The translations under genes and the position numbers were made by a program. The notes under the pieces are model-generated. The model did not search any database. It was not told the origin of the DNA and saw only the letters and a program-made list of their open reading frames with translations. Below are positions 30,472 to 42,229 of a stretch of DNA of 64,000 nt, one piece after another (the first letter of the stretch is position 1; the number at the start of each line of letters is the position of its first letter). Origin of the DNA: Histomonas meleagridis 2922-C6/04-290x (lineage: Eukaryota; Protista; Parabasalia); contig JAANOX010000268.1 in the NCBI GenBank assembly GCA_020184695.1, positions 62,001 through 126,000 of the forward strand. The letters are read 5' to 3'.

Positions 30472-33092
30472 TTATTCGTCATCTTCAATTAGCAAGCACT
30501 TCGTTTGCTCTTTGTTAGGGAAGTATCCTGGCGTACACTCAGTGCATTTATCGGCGCCTTCGGTTGATATAGTTCCGCATGGACAGTTGTAGCAAAGGTT
30601 AAGCGATGTCGCGCCGGCTGCAATGCCGTATGTGCCGCCCGGGCATTTCTTGCACGTTTTGGCGCCTTCTTCATCTGAGTAGTAGCCAGCGGAGCACTTG
30701 ACGCATGAACCTGACGATGTGGTGTACGAACCCTTTGGACAGCGCGTGCTTTGGCATTCAGACGAACCTTCGGTGGATGTGGAGTATTGAGGACACTTCT
30801 TGCAGCTGAGTGAGCCTTCTTCATCTGAGTAATAGCCGGCAGCGCACTTTGTGCATCCATTTGCTCCTGTTGAGGATGAATATGTTCCCTTTGGACATAA
30901 TGTGCATTGAGTTGCTCCCTTTGGAGAATATGAACCTGCTGGACACGCTTTACATCTGTATGTACCATCTTCGGCAGAATAATAACCTGCATCACAAGGG
31001 TAACACTTTGTTGCACCTGATAAGGAATAACTTTCTGTTCCTGCTGGACATTTCTTGCATGATGAAAATGTTGGTGTATCAGTGGAATTGGAATATTGGC
31101 CTGATGGACATTTCTTGCATTCGCCTAATCCTTCTCCATCTGCATATGAACCAGCTGGACATTTTTGTGCATGAACCTGAAGCTGAGCTTGAATATGTTC
31201 CCTTTGGACATAATGTGCATTGAGTTGCTCCCTTTGGAGAATATGAACCTGCTGGGCACGCTTTACATCTGTATGTACCACTTTCGGCCGAATAATAACC
31301 TGCATCACAGGGGTAACACTTTGTTGCACCTGATGAGGAATAACTTTCTGTTCCTGCTGGACATTTCTTGCATGATGAAAATGTTGGTGTATCAGTGGAA
31401 TTGGAATATTGGCCTGATGGACATTTCTTGCATTCGCCTAATCCTTCTCCATCTGCATATGAACCAGCTGGACATTTTGTGCATGAACCTGAAGCTGAGC
31501 TTGAATATGTTCCCTTTGGACATAATGTGCATTGAGTTGCTCCCTTTGGAGAATATGAACCTGCTGGGCACGCTTTACATCTGTATGTACCACTTTCGGC
31601 CGAATAATAACCTGCATCACAGGGGTAACACTTTGTTGCACCTGATAAGGAATAACTTTCTGTTCCTGCTGGACATTTCTTGCATGATGAAAATGTTGGT
31701 GTATCAGTGGAATTGGAATATTGGCCTGATGGACATTTCTTGCATTCGCCTAATCCTTCTCCATCTGCATATGAACCAGCTGGACATTTTTGTGCATGAA
31801 CCTGAAGCTGAGCTTGAATATGTTCCCTTTGGACATAATGTGCATTGAGTTGCTCCCTTTGGAGAATATGAACCTGCTGGACACGCTTTACATCTGTATG
31901 TACCACTTTCGGCCGAATAATAACCTGCATCACAGGGGTAACACTTTGTTGCACCTGATGAGGAATAACTTTCTGTTCCTGCTGGACATTTCTTGCATGA
32001 TGAAAATGTTGGTGTATCAGTGGAATTGGAATATTGGCCTGATGGACATTTCTTGCATTCGCCTAATCCTTCTCCATCTGCATATGAACCAGCTGGACAT
32101 TTTGTGCATGAACCTGAAGCTGAGCTTGAATATGTTCCCTTTGGACATAATGTGCATTGAGTTGCTCCCTTTGGAGAATATGAACCTGCTGGGCACGCTT
32201 TACATCTGTATGTACCACTTTCGGCCGAATAATAACCTGCATCACAGGGTAACACTTTGTTGCACCTGATAAGGAATAACTTTCTGTTCCTGCTGGACAT
32301 TTCTTGCATGATGAAAATGTTGGTCATATCAGTGGAGATTGGAATATTGGCCTGATGGACATTTCTTGCATTCGCCTAATCCTTCTCCATCTGCATATGA
32401 ACCAGCTGGACATTTTTGTGCATGAACCTGAAGCTGAGCTTGAATATGTTTCCCTTTGGACATAATGTGCATTGAGTTGCTCCCTTTGGAGAATATGAAC
32501 CTGCTGGGCACGCTTTACATCTGTATGTACCACTTTCGGCCGAATAATAACCTGCATCACAGGGGTAACACTTTGTTGCACCTGATGAGGAATAACTTTC
32601 TGTTCCTGCTGGACATTTCTTGCATGATGCAAATGTTGGTGTATCAGTGGAATTGGAATATTCGCCTGCTGGACATTTCTTGCAACTCGAGCTTTTGGTA
32701 TCAAAATAATTTCCAGCTGAGCACAATGTTGAAATACACTTTGTTGATCCCTCAGGCTTTTCACCTACTGTACCACTTGGACACTTCTTGCAATTTTCGA
32801 AAGAAGAAGAATCACTTGAGTTTGAATAATAACCTTCTGGGCATGGTTTGCATTGTTTAGAACCAACTTGATCAGTGTAGTACCCAGCGGGACATGTAGT
32901 GCAGGACCTTGATTCTGCAATTTTACTATATGTTCCTTTTGGGCATTTTACGCAGTGATGACTCGTACCAGATGGCCAGTACTCACCCTTTTTGCATGGT
33001 TCGCAATCTTCGCAGTAGTTAGGATCATTGATTTTCTTTGACGCAACAGCGCACAAAAACAGCCCTAAAATCATTAGTGTGTCATTTGACAT
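30472..33092 (-). CDS. Secreted Cys-rich repeat protein (GCC2_GCC3/TNFR-like CxxCPxGxY repeats), frameshifted in this sequence
   Basis: Signal peptide MSNDTLMILGLFLCAVAS; removing the counted net +5 indels gives 2616 nt, i.e. 871 aa plus stop; no TM or GPI tail. Confidence 0.85.
30880..32660. repeat. Tandem array of 312-bp (104-codon) units, about 5.7 copies
   Basis: Anchor 'ggacatttt' at 31157, 31470, 31782, 32095 and 32408 (spacing 312-313). Confidence 0.95.
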
Positions 33093-33373
33093 TCAAAAAT
33101 TGAAAACAATTGAAATTTGTTGACTTGTGATTAACGATCATATTGCACACAAAAGCAAAAGGTGAGTATTCAAAGTGTTTTAACCTTTCTCAAATGATTG
33201 CACACAAACAGACTAATTCAATTCTGAGGACGTTTGTTAATGCCCAAATGAAACAATTTAAACTTGGAGAATATAAAAAAATAAAAATGCATTCGAAACA
33301 CCACATTTCATAATCCAGTGCACAACAGAAGTCACCAAAATATTTCACCCAAATTTTAAACCAAAAACTAAAC

Positions 33374-34000
33374 TTATTCATGGCAAAGGATTGGTCTGTG
33401 TTTAACTAAAAAAACGAAATGAAAACTGAAAAATGAAACTTGACCTAAACAAATAGAACAAACAATAAAAAGCCAATCAAGCGAAAAGTTAACAGAAGAA
33501 AAAAATTTTTCTAATAACTTCATCAAAATAATGAATATGGAAAAATGCTTCAATAATGTGTATTGCTGAATGAGAACAGAGATGAGCATAAACATGAAAA
33601 TGAAAGCAATGAAAAAGATATACAAAATTGAATAAATAATTTGGTAATAAGTGAAGAAGATAAATAAAAGATAAATAATGCGCAAGAGCAGGAATTAACA
33701 AGCAAACAAAGTGAATCACCAACTTAAGCATAAACATGATCAAATGATGTTATAGGAAAAGATAAACAATGAAAAAATAGCAAAAGAAAATCTTAACATG
33801 AATGTAATACTTATAATATGAACTAAAGCTTGAATTAAATTTGGAGAAAGCGTACAAAAATATATAAATGCTTGTTTAGTTCTATTTATTTGAAGAAGAA
33901 GAAGGATGAAATTACACAAATAAATACAAATGATATAAAATAAAGTTAATGAAAATGAGGAAAGATATAAAACAAAGACATAATGCTGTCAAAAGAAAAA
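33374..34000 (-). pseudogene. Possible decayed multi-TM membrane protein gene
   Basis: One frame is hydrophobic over about 200 codons but has TGA, TGA and TAA clustered near 33695-33745; T-richness alone could produce this. Confidence 0.25.
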
Positions 34001-34444
34001 TTTAAATATGGAGAATTAAATGCAGATAATTAATAGCGAACCGACTAAATCCTGATATTACCTACAAAATAATTTCATGAAAATGTATAATAACTTAAGT
34101 TGATTTAAATATTAAACAGAAATAATATTCATAAAGTCTAATATATTATTTGGAAATTATTCATAGATTTTTGATGGACAGCACTTGCGTAACCTCTTCA
34201 TGTGGAATTAATCATGCCAAATAGGAATAAACGAAAATCTTTTGTAATTTTTGTTTCTTAAGAGGAAAAATTTATATTATAATTAATTCATTGTTTTTCT
34301 TTGTTCGATAGATTTTAAAATTTTGATTGGATTTTCATTTTTCAAATCAGTCAAGAAAATTTTAATGATTCATCAATTCAAAAAAGCACATAACATATTA
34401 AGGAGTAAATTTATTAAAAACAAAAAGCCTTGTGTACACTGTGC

Positions 34445-34924
34445 TTATCTTTGAGGGAAAGTGATACGAAATCCATCGATTATCATTGGTGTTCTCTCAA
34501 ATTGCTTTGTTGAAATTAAACCATTAGGAGACACATCTTCTTTTTGAATTGGATATCTTTGGCGCCTTCTAAACTTGTTTTCAGATGGATTCTTTTCATG
34601 GCATTTTTTAACAAAAATTGAATGACCAAGAAAACATCTTCCATCAAACTTAGATATTGCAGCTTCAGCTTCAGCAGTTGAATTATATGTGATTTTACAA
34701 AATCCTCCATTAAAATTTGGAGATTGAGATTTTTTCGAAAAGATAATTTTAGTTATTTTTCCAACTGATGAAAATTCTCTTATGACATCATTAGAACTCA
34801 TCTTGAATGGGATATTGTTCACGATAATACTCTTTGATTCGAATTCTTTGGCATGCATGAAATTAATTGTTTGACAAAACCGTAAATACTTGTAAATGCA
34901 AAATTTAACGTATACAAATTTCAT
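34445..34924 (-). CDS. Single-RRM RNA-binding protein
   Basis: RNP2 IIVNNIP, RNP1 GGFCKITY, 'EAEAAISKFDG'. Confidence 0.8.
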   Translation of the reverse strand: MKFVYVKFCIYKYLRFCQTINFMHAKEFESKSIIVNNIPFKMSSNDVIREFSSVGKITKIIFSKKSQSPNFNGGFCKITYNSTAEAEAAISKFDGRCFLGHSIFVKKCHEKNPSENKFRRRQRYPIQKEDVSPNGLISTKQFERTPMIIDGFRITFPQR

Positions 34925-35085
34925 TCAAAATTGTTTTTGGGTTTCGTAATGAGGCTACTTCACTTTTTATAACGATCAAATTTAATTCATAAAGTGGAAT
35001 GTGTCAAAATACAAACTGTTGACAGAAGATTTAGCCAAAATATGACAAAGTTTATCATTGATTTATATTAAGTTTTTTTATTTAT

Positions 35086-35778
35086 TTATTGTGCCCAATC
35101 AAATAAGCTAAAATCAAATTTCTCAAGTGATGGAATTACAACAGTTGCTTTTGCATTTTGAGATGCAAGAGCAGATTCAACATCAACTTGAGGATCTGGT
35201 ACAAAAACAGATGCCATCCCAGCGTTGTTTGCTGCTTTGATGCCAAGTGGTGAATCTTCAAATACAATTACTTCTTCTGGTTTGATATTATCCCATTTGC
35301 TCAAAGACTTTAAGAACACTTCTGGGTTTGGCTTACCTTTAGTTACTTCATTTCCTGTTGTGATATGGTCCATCATTGAATAAAAGTCATGATGATTGGC
35401 AATTTTTTGTTCAAAAACAGGCCTTCTAGATGAAGTACCTATTGCCATGTGAACATTCATTTCTTTTAGTTTTTTAACAAGTGACTCTGCTCCTGGCATA
35501 AGTTTTAGATTTTCCCAACAATGTTCAAGGATTTTTGTTCTTTTTTCAACAAGATCTTCAGGTGTTATAGGAAGATTGTAATGTGATACTAAAAGGCGAC
35601 ATGTTTCAATTGCACTTTTTCCCATTAATTGTGGTTTAAGTTCCCAATCGAGTTCATGACCAGTAAGTTCTTTGTGTGCCCATGTATATGCCCATTCTGT
35701 GTCAATGAGTGTTCCATCATTATCAAAAATGACTGCTTTGATTGGTGTTGGCCAAATTTTAGTCATTGGTCGGAGCAT
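35086..35778 (-). CDS. HAD-IA hydrolase (HDHD1/pseudouridine-5'-phosphatase-like)
   Basis: IFDNDGTLIDTE, GTSS, GKPNPEVF, VFEDSPLGI; true start ATG 35778. Confidence 0.92.
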   Translation of the reverse strand: MLRPMTKIWPTPIKAVIFDNDGTLIDTEWAYTWAHKELTGHELDWELKPQLMGKSAIETCRLLVSHYNLPITPEDLVEKRTKILEHCWENLKLMPGAESLVKKLKEMNVHMAIGTSSRRPVFEQKIANHHDFYSMMDHITTGNEVTKGKPNPEVFLKSLSKWDNIKPEEVIVFEDSPLGIKAANNAGMASVFVPDPQVDVESALASQNAKATVVIPSLEKFDFSLFDWAQ

Positions 35779-35895
35779 TTTTTTTTTGAATGAAATTTTA
35801 TCCGAGTCTCTGAAAAAGTTTTTTGAGGTGATCACAAAATTGAGGGATTTTGGGGTGCCCGCAAAATGGGGTAGCCTTGATAACCGACCAAAAAA

Positions 35896-37233
35896 ATGGA
35901 TCTTATTTCTTATCTTGAGGAAATTCAAAATACAAATCAAGTTTTAAGCATCCAACTAAACCAAGGTTCTAATGCTGCTTTAATTGTTTCACCTCAACAA
36001 TCTCAAATGCAAATATTTTTTTTAGATGGAAAATTACCACAAAATTTTGAAATTAATAAAACAGTCTTAGGAATATACTGGAGTGGTTTTTCAGATGATG
36101 TTATCGTGATTGGAAATGACAATGGAGATATTGAATTAAGAAACATTTATGATTTCGAAAAGATTATCAAAAAAATCAATATCACAGGTATTTCTTCATT
36201 TAGAGTTTCTTCTCCTATGAGCCCTTGGGGAAAATTTTCCTTATTGGTTGCTACAGAAAAATCGTTATCAATTATCACACCTTTTGTTCCTGATAACTTA
36301 ACAATTTCTAAACAACATATGATAGAACTCCAAAATGCATCTCCGGAATCTGCTATTTTATCACAAAATATGGATTGTTTTATTGGAGAAGAAGATTCAT
36401 ATACGATTACTCCAGGTCTCGAATTTATTACTCAAGAATCAATATTTCCATTAAGTCATCAATTTGATTCCCAAGTTGTTGATATTGAATGGGACAAAAA
36501 TTACCTTTATTCGTTACTTGAAAATAACGAACTTTTTTTGCTTAAAATAACAGACGAATTTCCGATGTTCGATTCTGCATCATGTGAGCTTCATTCTGAA
36601 GTCATTATGTGTTTATCTCCACCTGTTCCACGAACAATGATTTCCATCAACGAGAACGTTTATCTATCGTCCCAAGAAAATCTTATAAACCTATCAAAAT
36701 ATACTCAAAACGAAGAAAAGATATTATTTAATACATATCATATTAATTCTATTTTAGTTGGTTTTATTGATCATAATCATTTCTTATTTTATGATTTAGA
36801 TATGAATGTTAATCATATAATTGATATTAGCGCAATGGAAATGAGTGAAATTGAATTAATCAATAAACAGAAAGAACAACAACCAAAAACTTCAAAGGAA
36901 GAAATGGTTTTAGTTTCTAATATTGATAATTTAACACAACTCAGAATTGAAGCGCATATTAAAAAAGAACATCTCGAAAAAAGAATTCAAGAACTTAAGA
37001 AGAAAGGAGAACAACTCGAAAAGATTCAAAAAGAATGTGAAAATAACTTCAGAAACATCATCGGAAATGAAATAAGACCAGAAATCATTGAGTATATAAA
37101 AAAACAAATTTGCGAATCATATAAAATACTTTACAGAATTAATGCAATACAAAAGCCTTTTCTTAATGAAATTGCGAACGAAAAAATCAGATTCGAATTG
37201 CTGAAGCAAAAAAGACAAAAACAAAATAAATAA
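35896..37233 (+). CDS. Beta-propeller plus C-terminal coiled coil; candidate Nup82/Nup88-like
   Basis: WD-like N-terminus, PWGKFSLLVATEKSLSIITPFVP, C-terminal coiled coil. Confidence 0.6.
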   Translation: MDLISYLEEIQNTNQVLSIQLNQGSNAALIVSPQQSQMQIFFLDGKLPQNFEINKTVLGIYWSGFSDDVIVIGNDNGDIELRNIYDFEKIIKKINITGISSFRVSSPMSPWGKFSLLVATEKSLSIITPFVPDNLTISKQHMIELQNASPESAILSQNMDCFIGEEDSYTITPGLEFITQESIFPLSHQFDSQVVDIEWDKNYLYSLLENNELFLLKITDEFPMFDSASCELHSEVIMCLSPPVPRTMISINENVYLSSQENLINLSKYTQNEEKILFNTYHINSILVGFIDHNHFLFYDLDMNVNHIIDISAMEMSEIELINKQKEQQPKTSKEEMVLVSNIDNLTQLRIEAHIKKEHLEKRIQELKKKGEQLEKIQKECENNFRNIIGNEIRPEIIEYIKKQICESYKILYRINAIQKPFLNEIANEKIRFELLKQKRQKQNK

Positions 37234-37299
37234 TAAATAAAAATCATAAAATAATATATTAATTCTGTTGAATAAAATCGAAATATGAATCCTTTTATT

Positions 37300-38400
37300 T
37301 GAATGAATATTAACTTTTAGAAGAGATATATTTTCTTTGAATCATTATTATTTCTTTGAAGATTTGAATTATTTCCTCTACTAAAGTTAAAAACTTTTTT
37401 ATTCGAGTTTGGTGGATTTGATGCTATTGATTTTGACACCCATATTGTATAACATATTCTAAGTTCGATATTTATTTGATATAATTATTTTTTGATCAAG
37501 AAGACACTTTACATCTTTAATATGTCCAATTGCACAAGCTCTCATCAATAAATTTCTATATCAATCAAATAAATTCCAAATCTTGTTATAATCAAAAAAA
37601 AAAAAAAAAGTTTGAACGCATATCACAAACATTTTTTCTTTGAAATAATAATTGAACTATTTCCATATAACCATTAAAACATGCATCCATATAATTTATG
37701 AGAAATCCAAATATTTTATTATAACACCAAAATTTCAATATTAACATTATGAAACAAATATAAACACTTACTGAATTGAAATCAATTTCTTTTTGTTCTA
37801 AAGGTATTTAACAGTTTCAATTTTACCATTTGCACATGCCCAAGTAAATGCTATTGAAAATAATTTGTATAAATTTCAAAAAGCATAAACAAACAATAAA
37901 AGTATAAAATAAATTTAATACCTTTTTGTTCAAGCAGTAAACTGAACAATTTCAGTATTGCCATTTGAAGATGCAATAATAAGCGCTGTTGCATAAAAGT
38001 TAATGAAAATAGAAATAATATTTTCGAAGTGAATAATTATTTAAAACAAAAAATAAGTTATAATATTTTGAGCGTTAATTAATGTAATATTACAATTGTA
38101 CTATATTATCTAATTTTTTCATGTTACATATTTTGGTTTCCATTATTCAAACAAGAATATAATTACATTCTCGAGGATTGTTTAAGTAATGCAAAAATTT
38201 GATTTTAGTCATTCACCTTCAAATGTTAACATTCCAAAAAGGTGTTTAATACTGTAAGTGTTGTATCCCAATTTTACATAAATGCTACTTTATGACACTA
38301 AAAAAGAATCATGTGAAAAGAAGGTTTAAAAATCAAATTCCAGCAAAATTTTATTATAATATAATTTAAAATTAGGTTGTTGTGGCAATTTTTGGATATT
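37300..38400 (-). pseudogene. Decayed multi-ankyrin-repeat gene
   Basis: Minus-strand fragments TALIIASSNGNTEIVQ, AFTWACANGKIETVKYL*, MDACFNGYMEIVQL and LLMRACAIGHIKDVKCL, separated by stops and frameshifts. Confidence 0.8.
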
Positions 38401-38445
38401 GAATCATTTTCAATCGTTTATCTGATGTCACATATTTTTTAAGCA

Positions 38446-40668
38446 ATGGGAATTCTTGGTTTTGCAAAACTCTTAAAAAAACAATACCCACAAATTTATC
38501 ATGATATAAACTATCTTCTACAAATGCATGTTCATGAATTATATTTTGATGTTACATCTATAATTATCAATTCGTTTTTTTCATATTATAATACTTCAAA
38601 TGAAATTCCAAATGACACCCCAAGAGATGCTATTAGGCAAATAGAATTGGTTGTCCAAGCCATAAATCCAAGTGATTTAATTTTTATTTCTTTTGATGGT
38701 GAGGAAGCAATATCCAAATTTCTAACAACTCGCGACCGAGGTTATAGTCATATTGAATCATATAAATTAACATCAGAAGTTTTAGTAACATCACTTCAAC
38801 ATCGATGCATCTCATATATTGACGAATATATACAATCCAAAATTGGTACTGATCCTGTGTGGACCAATTGCAAAGTAATTTTTAGTTCACCAACTCTTTC
38901 TGGTGAAGCCGAAGACAAGATTTCTTCATTTATTAAATTACAGCGAGAACGATCCAATCCATTAAATCCTAAACGAAGGGTCATTTATTCGAATGACAGT
39001 GATGTTGTTCTGTTATCACTTAGTCTTCATGAACCAGATACATATATATTACAATCAAAGCCAACCATCAACATTCCACGAGAAACATCAATGATATTAT
39101 CTACGCATGAACTTTTTGTCTTATCTATTGGAGAACTTCGCGAATGTCTTGGCAAAAAATTAAATGCGACTGATCCAACATCACTTGAACGTGTTATTGA
39201 TGATTTTATTGGGTTTACAGGATTAATGAAAAGCGAAGTCATACCACAATTTCCGGATGTTAATCCTACAATTAATAGTATTACTGATATATATATTAAT
39301 CGTGAAAACAAAGATTTATATCTTGTTGAAAATGGTAAATATAATCGAAGTGTCTTAAAATACATAGCATATGAACTCGTTAAACGATTAGCAAATAGAG
39401 CTAATATTACCATCGAAGAATTAACTGAAAAAGAAACAAAAAAATTTTTAGAAAATAAATATGTTAAAACACCATTAAATGAATTAATAATCAAAACTTT
39501 GGAAGGAATTGATTTTGTTCTTTGTAGTTATTTCATTGGAATTCCATCATGGGAATGGCAATATCCCGAATTATTTTCTCCGCCATTATGTAGCTTATTA
39601 AATTATATAGATACTCATGAATCACATTTCGAAATTGGTGAAATGCCAACTTCACTTTATGGCAAATTTATATCAACTATAAGAACAAGAGTAGATTTAC
39701 CACCGAAATTATATGAAGTTGCTAATAATGATCCACGAATGACACAATTCTTCCCTATAAACCCTGAGAGACATCCAAGCGGAATTTATATTCTACCAAT
39801 AATAGATGAAAAAATTACTAAAGCTGTTTATAATGAATATGTCGATACTGTGAAAGATGAGCCTTGGTTAACATGGAAAAGCCAGGGTAATACTTATGTG
39901 TTAACAAATAAAGGTAAAATTAATATCGAATATAAAGCAAATGGACCTTGTAAACCGATAATTCCTGAACCTGTAAAAACTAATTTAAGACAAATTATTT
40001 CAATTACTTATACACCTTATAATTCATTTATAAAGGAATTTAATAAATATTTTAAATTATATATTCCTTGGACAGTTGCAAATAAAAAATTAAAAATCGG
40101 TAAATGGTTTAATGCGATAGAAAAATATATTTTAATTGATAACAAAAATTATTTTGAGAGAAAAAACATTAGCTTACAATTATTATCAAATAAAAGCAAA
40201 TTAATTACACCTGGTTATACCTTATTATTAAATGGTAAAACATATTATACTAAAGAAGCACTTGATTTAATCATGCAAATGTATAAAGAATACCCGCTTT
40301 ATATACAAACAAAAATGGATGGAGAATCTCTATCTGAACAACAAAAAATAGAATTGTGTACAATATGGGCAAGAATCGTGAAAAGAATTCCATACTTAGC
40401 TTCCGCTTCAACTTTAGCGTTACCTTTGTCGATCATAAGACAAATCGAATCAAGGAAAATTAGAGGAAATTGTCGGATAATGGTTGTGAAAGATTGTTAC
40501 GCACCAAAAGGAATGTGCGGTACTGTGATTGCTTGTAATGATGAATTGGAATTAGCTTACGTAATAATGGATAATGAATTACCAACAACTACATCATTAC
40601 ATTTCTTGTTGAATAGTAGTCGAGGCTTGATAATTGAATATAAATACATAAGGCCTTTAATAAACTAA
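38446..40668 (+). CDS. XRN-family 5'-3' exoribonuclease, divergent
   Basis: MGILGFAK..YP, LYFD, FDG, GEAEDKI, YSNDSDVVLLSL, VIDDF, WEWQYP, C-terminal GTVIA. Confidence 0.85.
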   Translation: MGILGFAKLLKKQYPQIYHDINYLLQMHVHELYFDVTSIIINSFFSYYNTSNEIPNDTPRDAIRQIELVVQAINPSDLIFISFDGEEAISKFLTTRDRGYSHIESYKLTSEVLVTSLQHRCISYIDEYIQSKIGTDPVWTNCKVIFSSPTLSGEAEDKISSFIKLQRERSNPLNPKRRVIYSNDSDVVLLSLSLHEPDTYILQSKPTINIPRETSMILSTHELFVLSIGELRECLGKKLNATDPTSLERVIDDFIGFTGLMKSEVIPQFPDVNPTINSITDIYINRENKDLYLVENGKYNRSVLKYIAYELVKRLANRANITIEELTEKETKKFLENKYVKTPLNELIIKTLEGIDFVLCSYFIGIPSWEWQYPELFSPPLCSLLNYIDTHESHFEIGEMPTSLYGKFISTIRTRVDLPPKLYEVANNDPRMTQFFPINPERHPSGIYILPIIDEKITKAVYNEYVDTVKDEPWLTWKSQGNTYVLTNKGKINIEYKANGPCKPIIPEPVKTNLRQIISITYTPYNSFIKEFNKYFKLYIPWTVANKKLKIGKWFNAIEKYILIDNKNYFERKNISLQLLSNKSKLITPGYTLLLNGKTYYTKEALDLIMQMYKEYPLYIQTKMDGESLSEQQKIELCTIWARIVKRIPYLASASTLALPLSIIRQIESRKIRGNCRIMVVKDCYAPKGMCGTVIACNDELELAYVIMDNELPTTTSLHFLLNSSRGLIIEYKYIRPLIN

Positions 40669-40807
40669 GAGTATACAAGAAAATTTACCTTAAAATGTGT
40701 GCTGCTAGAGCAATATATTTGAATTAGGCCAAACGAAATCACCAAATAAGAAAAAGTGCGCCGATCATTTTTGCTACAAAAAATCCCTTTGCACAATTGT
40801 TTTAAAA

Positions 40808-42154
40808 ATGAAGTACAAAAATCAAGTTGTTGACAAAAAAACAAAATGCAAAGTGGTGAGTCAATCGGGTTCTGAGTTAAATGGAATTTTTGATCAAAAA
40901 GATCTCGACTTATTTACATCTTTCCTTTCTTTTATGAAAGATACAATACAAATCATAGCAGAAAACAGTTTCACACAAACTGGCACGGATTTTTATGCAT
41001 CAATAAATTCATTTAATACTCAATTTAATAATTATTTAGATGATCAACAAACATTATCTTATTTTATTTCTTCCCACACCTCACTGATTTCTAATTTCCT
41101 TACAAGCATATTTTCTCAAAATCAAAATATTATAGATATATCAACAGCTTTACAAATCAGCGCAAAAATCATGAGCTCTGGAATAAAAACAGATTCAGCA
41201 TCTCTTTTTGAAATATGTATGAATCTTCATACTTCACCAGATCAAGAAATTTCATTTCTTGCTCTAAAATGCATTATAAATTCTCTTTCATCCAATTCAT
41301 ATTCTATTCAAATCCTCAAAGAAACAGATTTCATTCCCCAAGAAATAGAAAGGGTATTAAATGGGTTTCTCAATGATGAATGTTTTCATTTTTTCTCGAA
41401 GTGTGTTACATTTGATGTGATTACATCAAAGGAACCGTTAATGGCTCTTCTTGAAATTGGTCTTGTTCATTCGCAAAATCCTTATTCATTTAAGATGGTT
41501 TCAGATATTCTTCGTAAAAACGATTTAATATCTGAAGCTATTTCACTTGGGCTTCTCGAGAAAATCCGAGAAAATATGGAAACAATGAATCCGATATATT
41601 TTAAATCACTTTTATCTATTCTTACATTAGTAGAAATGAGTTCATTAGGTGATATTTTCTATACTTCTTTTCCTTTTTTTGATATTCTTTTTAATATGCT
41701 TGATTTGTGTAATGAAAGTGATTTCATTTTAGCTTTAAGGTTTATTTATTTCATTGTGCCAACTTATTGGTACGAGATAACTGTATCTAAAATTGTGGAA
41801 AAAGTTGTTTGTATGTTTGAAAACGCTTCTTTTAGTGTATTCGAAGCAATATTCGACTTTCTTACTTTATATTGTCAGAATGCTGATATTGAATCCATTA
41901 AAAGAATATTTAATTCACAAACAATGAATATTCTTGCAAAAGCTTATGAATCAGAAAATATCTCTGCTTTTAATCTCCTCTCTGAGCTTTTAGGTACTTT
42001 GATTAATATTGATTCTGAGTATTTCAAAATGGTTTTGAGGAATTCAGTTGTGTTGGAATATCTTAGAGAGAAATTATGTTCTGATGTTGGTGAAGTATTA
42101 TACTCTGTGCACTCTATTTTGGATCATCTTGAATTAGATGATAGCGTTTTATAG
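40808..42154 (+). CDS. Hypothetical ARM/HEAT-like helical protein
   Basis: 448-aa intact helical ORF. Confidence 0.7.
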   Translation: MKYKNQVVDKKTKCKVVSQSGSELNGIFDQKDLDLFTSFLSFMKDTIQIIAENSFTQTGTDFYASINSFNTQFNNYLDDQQTLSYFISSHTSLISNFLTSIFSQNQNIIDISTALQISAKIMSSGIKTDSASLFEICMNLHTSPDQEISFLALKCIINSLSSNSYSIQILKETDFIPQEIERVLNGFLNDECFHFFSKCVTFDVITSKEPLMALLEIGLVHSQNPYSFKMVSDILRKNDLISEAISLGLLEKIRENMETMNPIYFKSLLSILTLVEMSSLGDIFYTSFPFFDILFNMLDLCNESDFILALRFIYFIVPTYWYEITVSKIVEKVVCMFENASFSVFEAIFDFLTLYCQNADIESIKRIFNSQTMNILAKAYESENISAFNLLSELLGTLINIDSEYFKMVLRNSVVLEYLREKLCSDVGEVLYSVHSILDHLELDDSVL

Positions 42155-42229
42155 AAAATTATAATAAAATAAAAATACATTTTTATTAACACAGAAATTG
42201 GTACACTTTAAACCTTGTGAAAGTTCTTT

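Noticed and set aside
30880-32660. CRISPR-like array
   Set aside because: Units are 312-bp coding repeats with no unique spacers; eukaryotic context with no cas genes
37594-37609. Poly-A run as a retrocopy tail
   Set aside because: It is poly-T on the relic's coding strand and lies inside the relic; no target-site duplication seen
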